Assembly: GCA_025449555.1 (NCBI GenBank)
Contig: JANWJD010000084.1
Coordinates: 712-64,711 of the forward strand
Length of the DNA stretch: 64,000 nt
Direction: 5' to 3'
Source: Chloroflexota bacterium
GTDB lineage: Bacteria; Chloroflexota; UBA5177
The position numbers and the translations under genes were made by a program. Shown piece by piece: positions 27,651 through 37,372 of the stretch (position 1 is the stretch's first letter; each line of letters starts with the position of its first letter). The notes beneath the pieces were generated by a model. The model was not told the origin of the DNA, ran no database searches, and saw only the letters and a list, made by a program, of their open reading frames with translations.

Positions 27651-29798
27651 ATGGCTGCAAAACGTTCTTCATCTCCTCGAACCAAATCGAAGCCTTCGAG
27701 CCGCCAGGCAGGCAGCGGGAAGGCCGAGTATGCGCGCATTCGGCAGGCGGGCTTCTGGCTGTTGCGGCTGGCTCGACCTCGTTCAGGACGAGACCTGCTC
27801 ACGCTTGCACTGGCGTGCCTGGGAGTCGGCACCGGTGCGTCGCTCGGACTTACCTCCGTGCTGCACGGTCAACCGTCCGGACTGGGAACCTGGTGGTCCG
27901 GAGTACTGATTTTCATGGCTTTCGCCTCTCGGTTATCACCGTGGTGGCTGGCCGAGTTGAGCGCTATGACGGTCTCGCGCGCGCGCGGACTTCTCGCCTC
28001 GCTCTTCCTGCTCTACGCGGCACTGTCGATCTCGGCTCATGTCCTGTTGTCGAATCTGGGCCAGGGTGAAGCATATGTGCTGCTCGGCCCCTTTGCGCAA
28101 CCGCCCTGGGCATATGCGGTGCTCGGACTGGTAGTGCTACTGGCAGTCGCGCTGCTGGTCAACTTTCCGCTGGCCCGATGGGCTTCCACCGTCTCAACCT
28201 CAGTCGGAGATGCGGTCGCAAACGTTCGTGATCGCAAAGTCCTGGCGGCCGCCGAAGTAGATGCGCTCCCGGCCTTTCCGCCGGAGGACGATGAAGAACC
28301 TCTGCCCATTTTTGCCCAGCCGGTCGAGCGCAAGGTTCGGAAAGCGACCGACGAAACGCCGGAACCCAGAGACGAATCACGGGAGCCCATGAAGAACGGC
28401 CCGCTCCTGCCACCCATTGACATCTTCATTCCGGCCCCGAAGGGACAGGTCGCTCCATCGGATCTCGAGTACAAGTCTCAGCGCATTCAAGAAACGCTGG
28501 CCAGCTTCAATGTCGGATCTCGAGTCGTCGGCTACCACTCAGGACCCGTCGTCACTCAGTTCGACGTGCAACCCGATCGTGGCGTGAAGGTCAAAAGCAT
28601 TGTGGCGCTCCAGAACGATCTGGCCCTCGCGCTTGCCGCGCCCACGATTCGCATTCAGGCGCCTGTCCCCGGCAAGCCGGTGGTCGGAATCGAGATTCCA
28701 AACACGTCGGCGACCATGGTCACACTGCGTGATCTGCTTGAAAACGAGACATTCCGGTCGATGAAATCGCCCCTCAAAGTGGTCCTGGGAAAGGACGTGA
28801 CCGGAAATCCCGGAATCATCGACCTGGCGAAGATGCCCCACCTGCTGATCGCCGGTGCTACCGGCTCCGGAAAGAGTGTTTGCGTCAACGCCATCATCAG
28901 CTGCTTGCTGTACAACAACACGCCCGAAGATGTTCGGCTCATGATGGTCGATCCGAAGACCGTGGAACTCACCGTCTACAACGGAGTCCCACATTTGTTG
29001 AGTCCGGTGGTAACGCAGATGGATAAAGTCGTCGGCGTTCTGCAATGGGCCCTGCGAGAGATGGAGCGAAGGTACCAACTGTTTGCCTCCACCACCGTCC
29101 GCAATATTTCGCGCTACAACGAAAAGATGGAAGCAAATGGCCTGAAGAAGCTGCCCTACATCGTCTTCATCATCGACGAGCTCGCCGACCTCATGATGGT
29201 GGCGCCGGAAGATGTGGAAGATGCCGTCTGCCGTCTGGCTCAACTGGCGCGTGCTGCCGGCATACACCTGGTCATCGCGACCCAGCGACCTTCGGTAGAC
29301 GTGGTAACCGGCTTGATCAAAGCAAACTTCCCTGCCCGAATTGCCTTCATGATGACCTCACAGGTCGACTCTCGCACGATCCTCGATCGGGCCGGCGCCG
29401 AAAAGCTGTTGGGAAGAGGCGACATGCTGTACATGCCCCCCGACGGGCCGAGCACGGTTCGGCTCCAGGGCGCAAACGTCACCGATCAGGAGCTGGAGCG
29501 CCTCGTGGAATTCTGGCAACGCAGCCCGCTGCACGCAGCCGTCGACCGCATCGCGGCCGAGGACTTTGCGGCCGCGCAGAAGGAGGCAGCCGAAACCAGG
29601 GACGAGTTCTTTGATGAAGCAGCCCGCGTTGTGCGAGAACACCAACATGCGTCGGTGTCTCTCCTTCAGCGGCGTCTCAAGATCGGCTATTCAAGAGCGG
29701 CACGCCTGATGGATCAACTCGAGGCGAATGGAATCGTCGGCGCTGCGGACGGCAGCAAACAACGGCCTGTGATCGCCGAGGACACCTCAGTCGCGTGA
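27651..29798 (+). CDS. ftsK: DNA translocase FtsK/SpoIIIE
   Basis: N-terminal TM helices, Pro/Glu-rich linker, Walker A IAGATGSGKSV, FtsK gamma-type C-terminus; start could be the upstream TTG at 27594. Confidence 0.9.
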   Translation: MAAKRSSSPRTKSKPSSRQAGSGKAEYARIRQAGFWLLRLARPRSGRDLLTLALACLGVGTGASLGLTSVLHGQPSGLGTWWSGVLIFMAFASRLSPWWLAELSAMTVSRARGLLASLFLLYAALSISAHVLLSNLGQGEAYVLLGPFAQPPWAYAVLGLVVLLAVALLVNFPLARWASTVSTSVGDAVANVRDRKVLAAAEVDALPAFPPEDDEEPLPIFAQPVERKVRKATDETPEPRDESREPMKNGPLLPPIDIFIPAPKGQVAPSDLEYKSQRIQETLASFNVGSRVVGYHSGPVVTQFDVQPDRGVKVKSIVALQNDLALALAAPTIRIQAPVPGKPVVGIEIPNTSATMVTLRDLLENETFRSMKSPLKVVLGKDVTGNPGIIDLAKMPHLLIAGATGSGKSVCVNAIISCLLYNNTPEDVRLMMVDPKTVELTVYNGVPHLLSPVVTQMDKVVGVLQWALREMERRYQLFASTTVRNISRYNEKMEANGLKKLPYIVFIIDELADLMMVAPEDVEDAVCRLAQLARAAGIHLVIATQRPSVDVVTGLIKANFPARIAFMMTSQVDSRTILDRAGAEKLLGRGDMLYMPPDGPSTVRLQGANVTDQELERLVEFWQRSPLHAAVDRIAAEDFAAAQKEAAETRDEFFDEAARVVREHQHASVSLLQRRLKIGYSRAARLMDQLEANGIVGAADGSKQRPVIAEDTSVA

Positions 29799-29925
29799 TG
29801 CGCCCGCGCTGGATTCCCTGGTCGAAACGTGCATCGGGGGTAAAATCGGGCGGTAGTGATGCGAACGGGAACAACCTGAGGGCCTTGCTCCCGCCTCCGC
29901 ACCAAATCAAACGTAGGAGACTTGC

Positions 29926-30534
29926 ATGAAACGTTCGCACCAGCCTCCGGGCCAGGTGGAAGTTCAGGTTAAAGGAAGTCACCTTCTCATTACCCAGGCT
30001 CTGAACGATCAGGTCGTTCAAAAGATGGCAAAACTGGACCGCTATTTCGACCGGTTGCAGACCATTGAGGTAGAACTCTGCTGGGAAAAAACCCGAGCCG
30101 CCGATCAACAGAACCGGGTGGAAGCGACTACACATGTGAAGGGGCGCACCCTGCGGGTCGTCGCCTCTCACAGTGATATGTACGCTGCGATCGACGAGGT
30201 AGTCGACAAGCTCCATCGTTCGCTCAACCGACAAAAAGAGCGGACCAAGTCGCACGGAACGAACAAGATCACCGACGTGTTACCGGAGTCGTCAGATCTT
30301 GAGGACGACTCCTTGGAAGGGCTGAGCGACGTCGACTCGGATTCAACTCAGGATGCGATTGTCATCCACGAGCGACTTCAGATCAAGCCACAATTCGAGG
30401 AAGAGGCGATTGCGGAGATGGACGCGTCTGGGTTGACATTTTATGTCTTCATGAACGCGCGCAACGAAAGCGTCAACGTACTCTATCGCCATGGCGATGG
30501 CAGCTACGGAGTCATCGAGCCGCAGGCGGGTTAG
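29926..30534 (+). CDS. hpf: ribosome hibernation promoting factor (long HPF / RaiA)
   Basis: N-terminal S30AE domain and C-terminal dimerisation domain (FYVFMNARNESVNVLYRHGDGSYGVIEP). Confidence 0.85.
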   Translation: MKRSHQPPGQVEVQVKGSHLLITQALNDQVVQKMAKLDRYFDRLQTIEVELCWEKTRAADQQNRVEATTHVKGRTLRVVASHSDMYAAIDEVVDKLHRSLNRQKERTKSHGTNKITDVLPESSDLEDDSLEGLSDVDSDSTQDAIVIHERLQIKPQFEEEAIAEMDASGLTFYVFMNARNESVNVLYRHGDGSYGVIEPQAG

Positions 30535-30692
30535 ACGGCGCCCTCGTCCTCACTGTCGTAGCGACGTTCGTACTCGTCATAGCTGAGGATTACCAGCGGT
30601 TTGTCCTTGTACAGGGCCACTTGAGGAGTGCCGCTGGACGCGGCATGCTCGAGGGCGTCTTTTAACGCGGTCGTGACCTCGATTTTGATCAT
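30531..30692 (-). CDS. Phd/YefM-like antitoxin-fold small protein (orphan, no toxin partner)
   Basis: 53 aa MIKIEVTTALKDALEHAASSGTPQVALYKDKPLVILSYDEYERRY resembles the Phd/YefM N-domain; strong GAAGGAGA RBS 5 nt upstream; no adjacent toxin ORF. Confidence 0.45.
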   Translation of the reverse strand: MIKIEVTTALKDALEHAASSGTPQVALYKDKPLVILSYDEYERRYDSEDEGAV

Positions 30693-30969
30693 GTGGTCTC
30701 CTTCGCGGGGCGGAGCCTGACGCGCCGCACCCCCACTGGCCCTTGCGGGTCTATCTTTGACCATTCGTCCATCCATTACCTAGGGATAGCTTCACCGCTG
30801 AAATTATCGGGTGATGCCGATCGTGGTGCGCTTCATTATACGCCCTCCGTAGTGTTCTGTCATGTCTTTTTTTGGCACATATGCGGCCGCATTGTTCATG
30901 TAATTCAAATCAAAAATTCGAGTTGACTGCCTCACATGCACGCTCATCGCCACATCAGATTCTAAGTTT

Positions 30970-31905
30970 GTGCTTGATATAGTAAGTGGACCGCGCGATG
31001 AGAGGACATGGATGATTGATGCGCTAGGCGCGTTTGGGAGCCAGATCGAAACCGGCGACGTGGTCCTGGTGCTTGCGCTGTTTCTGGTCGGATCGTCCCT
31101 TCTGTCCGTACTGCTGGTCGCAACGAACATCGTCGTGAGGAACGGTCGTATTGACCGATACCGCAGGTTCGCGTGGCAGATGGGTGCCTTGCTCAGCCTG
31201 GAGCAAGCCTACGAATATACCCGGGGTCGAATCAGTCCTAATACTCCCGATATTGCGTTGCTCCACTCGTACCGATTGCTCGATCTCGAATGGAAACACG
31301 GCCTCTTTGTTGAACAGCGGCTCGAACGGTTCTTTCTACAATTTCAACCGCTCATGAACGCCATCGATCTCTTCTACGTGTTGGGCCACATGGTTGGAAC
31401 CATTGGCGTGCTGGTTTGGATCTATACGCGCCGCCGCGAACAGTACGCTTTTGTACGCAATCTCATGATGCTCACCACTGCTATCGCCCTCGTGGCCTTC
31501 TACCTGTATCCCACTGCGCCTCCCAGGATGCTCGGAAATTACGGCTTTGTCGATCCCTTGCAGCTTCATCACCTGGTTGGAGATGGCGGGTCGCAGCCTG
31601 GGTCGTATACGTATAATCCCTATGCCGCTATGCCAAGCCTGCATGTAGCCTATGCAACGATCATGGCATGGGGCCTGGTACTGGCCGAACGTAAAGTGTG
31701 GGTCAGGGCGGCCGCCGTCTTGTATCCGCTGGCTATGGCAGCGACCGTCGTCATTTCCGGAAATCACTGGATTCTCGACGTCGTTGGCGCGGTGTTGACG
31801 GTCGCCGTGGCTGCAGGCGTGCTTTTGAGCGCGTCATGGCTGGGCAGTCGGTTTTCTGCTCGTCGCCATTCCATCGTTTCCGTTCCCGGTGGCCAGTCTC
31901 CATGA
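30970..31905 (+). CDS. PAP2-family phosphatase (membrane)
   Basis: Multi-TM protein with PAP2 motifs PSLHVAYA and SGNHWILDV; preceded by an AT-rich ~170-bp region. Confidence 0.7.
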   Translation: MLDIVSGPRDERTWMIDALGAFGSQIETGDVVLVLALFLVGSSLLSVLLVATNIVVRNGRIDRYRRFAWQMGALLSLEQAYEYTRGRISPNTPDIALLHSYRLLDLEWKHGLFVEQRLERFFLQFQPLMNAIDLFYVLGHMVGTIGVLVWIYTRRREQYAFVRNLMMLTTAIALVAFYLYPTAPPRMLGNYGFVDPLQLHHLVGDGGSQPGSYTYNPYAAMPSLHVAYATIMAWGLVLAERKVWVRAAAVLYPLAMAATVVISGNHWILDVVGAVLTVAVAAGVLLSASWLGSRFSARRHSIVSVPGGQSP

Positions 31906-32891
31906 TCACGCAAGCCCTCACGGACGAGGTCGGGCACCTCCAGCTTGCCAACGTCGATGTTACGCTCGTGATTCCTGTGTACGAGGAGGCCGAGAGCATT
32001 GCCGAGCTGTACCGACAGATCGACGCCGCGCTTCAGCCCCTGCGATTGAAGGTCCAGATTATTTTTGTAGATGATGGGAGTCGCGACGGTACGTTAGAGG
32101 CACTTCAGCCGATTTTCGACGCCGACTCCCGGGTTGAAGTGTTGAGTCTTCGACGTAATTTTGGCAAGACCGCCGCCTTGCTCGCCGGCTTTCAGCGCGC
32201 AGTCGGAACGATCGTCGTCACGATGGACGGCGATCTGCAAGACGACCCGAAAGAAATACCGCGATTTTTGGAAGCATTGGCGGATGACAAGGATTTGGTG
32301 TCGGGCTGGAAACGCCAGCGCCGTGATCCGTTTACAAAGACCGCGCCTTCCAGGCTTTTCAATTTCGTTGTACGCCGTGCGACCGGCATACCGCTGCATG
32401 ACTTCAATTGCGGTTTCAAGGCGTATCGGTTGGAAGTTCTCGACGAGCTTAAACTGTACGGTGAGTTGCACCGATTCATTCCCGTGATGGCGTTCTGGAA
32501 AGGGTTCAGGATAGGCGAGCTCGAAGTCGAGCACCATCCGCGCAAGTACGGTCGCTCAAAATTTGGCGCGGGGCGGCTGTTCAAGGGCACGCTCGACTTC
32601 CTCAAAGTCATGTTTCTGACGCGATACTTACAGCGACCTCTCCAGCTCTTCGGAATACTCGGCTTGAGTGTCTGGTTTCTGGGGGCGATTGGATTCCTCT
32701 ACATTCTCGCCCTCAAGGTTGAGGGACAGCACGTCTTCCAGAATCACGGACCCCTGCTCTTTCTATCCGGGATCGCAATCATCAGCGGCATTCAGCTATT
32801 TATGCTGGGACTGGTCGGCGAAATGCTCCGGCATTACGCGTTTCGCCCCACTGAGGAGTACAGCGTCAAGCGTCAGCTCAAACACGAGTGA
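31902..32891 (+). CDS. family-2 glycosyltransferase (polyprenol-phosphate sugar transferase, GtrB/DPM1-like) with C-terminal TM helices
   Basis: VIPVYEE...FVDDGSRDGT...DGDLQDDP GT2 motifs; ATGA overlap with the PAP2 gene stop. Confidence 0.85.
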   Translation: MITQALTDEVGHLQLANVDVTLVIPVYEEAESIAELYRQIDAALQPLRLKVQIIFVDDGSRDGTLEALQPIFDADSRVEVLSLRRNFGKTAALLAGFQRAVGTIVVTMDGDLQDDPKEIPRFLEALADDKDLVSGWKRQRRDPFTKTAPSRLFNFVVRRATGIPLHDFNCGFKAYRLEVLDELKLYGELHRFIPVMAFWKGFRIGELEVEHHPRKYGRSKFGAGRLFKGTLDFLKVMFLTRYLQRPLQLFGILGLSVWFLGAIGFLYILALKVEGQHVFQNHGPLLFLSGIAIISGIQLFMLGLVGEMLRHYAFRPTEEYSVKRQLKHE

Positions 32892-32899
32892 CGAACTGG

Positions 32900-33955
32900 C
32901 TACAGCGGCCACATGCGAGGGACAAAGTACTTCTCGAACAGGTCGATCGCGAACGAGTCCGTCATGCCGGCAATGTAATCGGCGACCAGTCGTTCCTTGC
33001 CTTCGCCTCGCACATCGTGCCGAAACTCTTCGGGGAGCTGGTCGGTGTGGGCGCACAAATACTCAAAGAGCGCAGTGACCAGGAGTTGTGCCCGTTCGCC
33101 TTCTGCCGTGACTGCCGGATTGCGGTAGACGTTTAGAAAGAGAAATTCGCGCAGGCGATCGAGTTCCATGAGAGTTTCGGCTGTCATTGCAACGACGGGA
33201 CGGTCAAGGCTCGTGGTTATGATGTCGGTCACTACGGTATTGATTCGTTCGGAGCGACTCGCCCCAAGGCGGGCGATTGCGGCATCCGGCAGGTCAGAAG
33301 TGTCGATCAGTCGGGCTCGAACTGCATCGTCCACATCGTGGTTGATATAGGCAATTGCGTCTGACAGTCGCACCACCTCGGCTTCGAGCGTGGTCGAAGG
33401 CGCCACGACGTAGCCGGCCAGGCTCTCCCGCGGCTTGCGGTGCGTTCGGATCCCGTCAAGGACCTCGACTGTGAGGTTCAGGCCCCGCCCAGACTTCTCT
33501 AGAAATCGAACCACTCGAAGGCTCTGTTCGTCGTGCCTGTAGCCATCGCCAAGTACACCATTGAGTGCTTCCTGACCGGCATGTCCGAAGGGCGCGTGAC
33601 CTAAATCGTGAGCCAATGCAATTGCCTCCGAAAGGTCTTCATTCAGCCGGAGAGCCCGCGCAATGACGCGAGCGACCTGGGAGACTTCGAGCGCATGACT
33701 CAGCCGCGTGGCATAGTGGTCTCCGGTGGGCGCAATGAACACCTGAGTCTTCCCGCGCAATCGACGAAATGCGTTGCAGTGGATGATGCGATCGCGATCC
33801 CGTTCGTAGCGCGTCCGTACTGGCGACTCAGGCTCGTCCTGTTCTCTCCCGGCGGACAATGCGCTGAGACGAGCGTACGGGGCAAGCATTCCGCGTTCGA
33901 TCGACTCCAGACGCAAGCGAACAGCGTCGTCAGCATCCGGCTGAACGAGTGTCAT
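32900..33955 (-). CDS. dgt: dGTPase-like HD-domain phosphohydrolase
   Basis: HD motif (HALEVSQVAR...AHDLGHAPFGH) and overall dGTP triphosphohydrolase-like layout. Confidence 0.8.
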   Translation of the reverse strand: MTLVQPDADDAVRLRLESIERGMLAPYARLSALSAGREQDEPESPVRTRYERDRDRIIHCNAFRRLRGKTQVFIAPTGDHYATRLSHALEVSQVARVIARALRLNEDLSEAIALAHDLGHAPFGHAGQEALNGVLGDGYRHDEQSLRVVRFLEKSGRGLNLTVEVLDGIRTHRKPRESLAGYVVAPSTTLEAEVVRLSDAIAYINHDVDDAVRARLIDTSDLPDAAIARLGASRSERINTVVTDIITTSLDRPVVAMTAETLMELDRLREFLFLNVYRNPAVTAEGERAQLLVTALFEYLCAHTDQLPEEFRHDVRGEGKERLVADYIAGMTDSFAIDLFEKYFVPRMWPL

Positions 33956-33980
33956 GCATCACACCAGCCGCGGCACTGCC

Positions 33981-35372
33981 TCAAAATTCAACATTTCTCG
34001 GCGTACGCGGAAACGGGATCACGTCTCGAATATTCTGCATACCGGTGATGAACTGAACGACTCGCTCCAGACCGAGTCCGAAGCCGGCGTGCGGGACCGT
34101 ACCGTACCTGCGCAGATCGAGGTACCACCAATATGACTCTGGATCTAGCCCCTGGTTGCCCAGGCGTCTTTCTAGTACGTCGAGTCGTTCCTCGCGCTGG
34201 CTGCCGCCGATAATCTCGCCGATGCGTGGCACCAGCACATCCAGGGCGGCCACAGTCTTGCCGTCGTCGTTGAGTCGCATGTAGAAAGCCTTGATCGACG
34301 CGGGATAGTCCGTGAGAATGACTGGTCGCTTGAAGTGTTCCTCCGTCAGGAAGCGTTCGTGCTCTGCCTGCAAATCTGCGCCCCAGGCGACCGGAAATTC
34401 AAACATCCGGCCCGAGGCCCGTAACAATTCGATTGCTTCCGTATACGAGAGACGCACGAAATCGCTCTCGATGATGTGTTGCAGGGTGCTGAGAACGGTG
34501 CGTTCGATTCGATCGTTGAAGAATTGCATGTCCTCAGGACAATTTCGCAGCACGCTGTCGCAAATGGACTTGAGAAAATCCTCGGCTACATCGGCCAGCA
34601 TGGTGAGGTCGCAAAAGCTGATTTCCGGCTCGACCATCCAGAACTCCGCCAAATGTCGTGCTGTATTCGAATTCTCCGCCCGAAACGTCGGGCCGAAGGT
34701 GTACACCCTGGTGAGTGCCGTCGCCATGATTTCAGCTTCCAATTGCCCGCTGACTGTCAGATGCGTGGCCCGTCCGAACAAATCTTCACTGAAGTCGATA
34801 CGGCCCTCGTGTAGAGGGGGCCGCTCGAGGTCGAGTGACGTCACCTGGAACATCTGGCCCGCCCCCTCCGCATCGCTGCCGGTGATGATGGGAGTTTGCA
34901 CGTATAGATAGCCGTTGTCTTGAAAGTAAGCGTGGATCGCGCGGCTCACTTCGTTTCTCACCCTCGCCATGGCGCCAAACGTGTTTGTGCGCGGACGCAA
35001 GTGAGCGATGGTGCGCAGGTACTCGAACGAATGTCGTTTTTTGGCCAGTGGATAGTCGGGAGCGTCACCTACGACGTCGAGACAGAGCACGCGCAATTCT
35101 GTCACCTGCTCGGTAGCGGGAGAAGCAACCACTTCACCTTCCAGGTTTACACTTGCGCCGGTCGAGGCGCGCAATACGAGGTCCTCGTAATTGGCCAGAG
35201 TTTCGGGCACCACCGCTTGCAAGTTTTGAAGGCTCGAACCATCGTTGACCTCCAGGAACGTTACGCCGGCTTTCGAAGTCCGCTTGGTTCGGACCCATCC
35301 CTGAATTCTGACCGATGTCCCAATCGATTCGGCGCGTAGGGCCTCACCGACCGCCATTAATTCCACACTCAC
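33981..35372 (-). CDS. asnS: asparagine--tRNA ligase
   Basis: Class II aaRS motifs; [21 protein letters not shown] is AsnRS-specific; 463 aa. Confidence 0.92.
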   Translation of the reverse strand: MSVELMAVGEALRAESIGTSVRIQGWVRTKRTSKAGVTFLEVNDGSSLQNLQAVVPETLANYEDLVLRASTGASVNLEGEVVASPATEQVTELRVLCLDVVGDAPDYPLAKKRHSFEYLRTIAHLRPRTNTFGAMARVRNEVSRAIHAYFQDNGYLYVQTPIITGSDAEGAGQMFQVTSLDLERPPLHEGRIDFSEDLFGRATHLTVSGQLEAEIMATALTRVYTFGPTFRAENSNTARHLAEFWMVEPEISFCDLTMLADVAEDFLKSICDSVLRNCPEDMQFFNDRIERTVLSTLQHIIESDFVRLSYTEAIELLRASGRMFEFPVAWGADLQAEHERFLTEEHFKRPVILTDYPASIKAFYMRLNDDGKTVAALDVLVPRIGEIIGGSQREERLDVLERRLGNQGLDPESYWWYLDLRRYGTVPHAGFGLGLERVVQFITGMQNIRDVIPFPRTPRNVEF

Positions 35373-35498
35373 TTACCGCCCTCCTTGCCCCGGAGTGGTA
35401 CGCTGCGAGCTCCAGTTCTCCGGTGCACCACTGCATTGTATCGGGGTGTCGCGATCCCCTGAGATTGCTACAATTGTGATAAATCGCGGAGGAGATGC

Positions 35499-35696
35499 AT
35501 GCAGAACAGTGAATCGGTGAGTCCCATGATCGCCCGATGCATTGTGTGTAAAGGCAATATCCACGAGCATGATGAGTACGAAACCTGGGAGGGTGCCTTT
35601 TACTGTCAGCGACACAGCTTGCCTCATCTGCGGGCTCGAGCGCGAGAATATGCTTTGATGCTCCAGGCGGAGGGATCGATCGCAGATCCACGCTAA
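35499..35696 (+). CDS. hypothetical small zinc-ribbon-like protein
   Basis: 65 aa with CxxC...(H)...C..H spacing (CIVCKG...FYCQRH); ends just before a strong hairpin. Confidence 0.3.
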   Translation: MQNSESVSPMIARCIVCKGNIHEHDEYETWEGAFYCQRHSLPHLRARAREYALMLQAEGSIADPR

Positions 35697-35701
35697 CCGC
35701 G

Positions 35702-35750
35702 GCGTAAAAACAAAGAGGGCCGGCACTTTGCCGGCCCTCTTCCTTATTGG
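35702..35750. terminator. bidirectional intrinsic terminator
   Basis: 12-bp perfect stem AAGAGGGCCGGC/GCCGGCCCTCTT with 5-nt loop; A-run upstream and TCCTTATT downstream give a U-tract on both strands; between convergent genes. Confidence 0.65.
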
Positions 35751-35760
35751 GGTCGAATAC

Positions 35761-37029
35761 TTACGATGGTGCGATGAAGTACGTATTGACCACGGAATCG
35801 AGCAGCTTACGTGACATGCGGGGTGGCTCCTCGATGTACTTCGCCAACGACACGAGCTGATCGAGCAGATCCCGGGGGTGAACACCGCGGAATGGTCGGC
35901 CAGTCTTCACGTAGTGCTCCTGCACCAGATAGTCGAATCCCTCGTCGTCGAAAGGCACGTTATATGTTACACACGCGCCCTGGAAGATCTGCCGAAACAT
36001 CTCGCGGCTGGGGTCGCGGGCCTTTACCTTGTATTTGATTCGGCGCAAAAACGCTTCATCCACCAATTGACTTGGGTCCAGGTTCGTGGAAAACACCAGA
36101 AGTTCGTCGAATGGAACTTCCAGTTTGCGCCCCGTCTGCAGTTTCAGGAAATCGACTCGAAGTTCGAGCGGAACAATCCACCGGTTCAACAAGTCCGCGG
36201 TCGACATTTGCTGTCGTCCGAAGTCGTCGATGAGAAACATGCCGGTATTGGCCTTCATCTGGAACGGCGCTTCGTATGTCTTCCGAAGATCACTGTACTG
36301 AAGGTCCAGGCTTTCCAGTTTGAGTTCGCCGCCGGTGACGACGGTTGGCCGCCTAATTCGCACCCACCGCGGATCGAGGGTATCATCCTGGTTCCTGGAT
36401 TGCAGATGACACACGGGATCGTAGAATTCGATGATGCTCCCGTCCACATCGACCGCATACGGAACAAATACCTCGTCCCCCATCGCATTGGTAATGCGGG
36501 TCGCCAGAGCAGTCTTGCCATTGCCGGCAGCCCCATAGAAGAACAGCGATTGGCCGGCGTTCACCGCCGGACCGATTTCGTTGACGATATCGGGATGAAG
36601 TACTAGATCCCGAAACGCGTTTTCGATAGCTGTTTTCGTGATCGGCACGTCCCGCACGCTCTGTGCGACAACTGAGGCGTTGTACGCGGCAAGTGGAACC
36701 GGCGCCGGTCCGTCGTATAGGTTGCGCTCGAAAGCGGTGCGCGCGCGCGATTCACCTTCTTCGGTCAATATGTACATGTAATTCCGCTCGCCGTACCCGT
36801 CCGATCCGAGGATATGGGTGTGGTGCAAGCGACGCAGCTCGTTGAGATTGCCCAGTACTACCAGAAAGGGAAGGGCTAGCCGATCGGCGATTGACCCCGC
36901 AGTCTGGGGACCTCCATTAAACAGACGCTTGAGCAACAAGTCGTCGATCATTGAGGTGGAAATGCCGATTTCTTCGAGGCTGGTCGCGGGCTGAGGCACG
37001 AAGGTTTTCTTTTCGGCTACCAATACCAT
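35761..37029 (-). CDS. AAA+-type ATPase of unknown function
   Basis: Walker A FYGAAGNGKT, Walker B FLIDDFG, sensor-1 STN, Arg-finger-like FLRRI; ~190-aa N-terminal domain of unknown type; start ambiguous (37029/37056/37179). Confidence 0.6.
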   Translation of the reverse strand: MVLVAEKKTFVPQPATSLEEIGISTSMIDDLLLKRLFNGGPQTAGSIADRLALPFLVVLGNLNELRRLHHTHILGSDGYGERNYMYILTEEGESRARTAFERNLYDGPAPVPLAAYNASVVAQSVRDVPITKTAIENAFRDLVLHPDIVNEIGPAVNAGQSLFFYGAAGNGKTALATRITNAMGDEVFVPYAVDVDGSIIEFYDPVCHLQSRNQDDTLDPRWVRIRRPTVVTGGELKLESLDLQYSDLRKTYEAPFQMKANTGMFLIDDFGRQQMSTADLLNRWIVPLELRVDFLKLQTGRKLEVPFDELLVFSTNLDPSQLVDEAFLRRIKYKVKARDPSREMFRQIFQGACVTYNVPFDDEGFDYLVQEHYVKTGRPFRGVHPRDLLDQLVSLAKYIEEPPRMSRKLLDSVVNTYFIAPS

Positions 37030-37218
37030 GAAAGCGTGAACCCTCCCGAGTCGCATGCGTGGCCGGCGATCGCCATTCTCAGGAGCAGCGAGCGCCGGAC
37101 CGATTGCACACACTATACATGCCCGCACAGTGATCCACAAGACGCGAACATCACTTCCCAGACAGGAATTTCGGCCCATAGAAATAGGACGCCACGTGGG
37201 TTGACGTCCCTATGAATC

Positions 37219-37292
37219 TGGCTGCGGGACAGGGATTCGAACCCCAACTTCTTGATCCAGAGTCAAGCGTCCTACCGTTAGACTATCCCGCA
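37219..37292 (-). tRNA. tRNA-Gln (anticodon CUG)
   Basis: Cloverleaf read by hand: acceptor TGCGGGA/TCCCGCA, anticodon stem CTTGA/TCAAG with loop CTCTGGA (anticodon CTG), T-arm GGGGTTCGAATCCCC, encoded CCA. Confidence 0.85.
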
Positions 37293-37372
37293 CCGCAGGC
37301 ACGTATCAGCGTATCGATTCACACATTAGACCTGCAAATGGGTCTACCCTTCTGTCGGTTACGCCGCTCACG

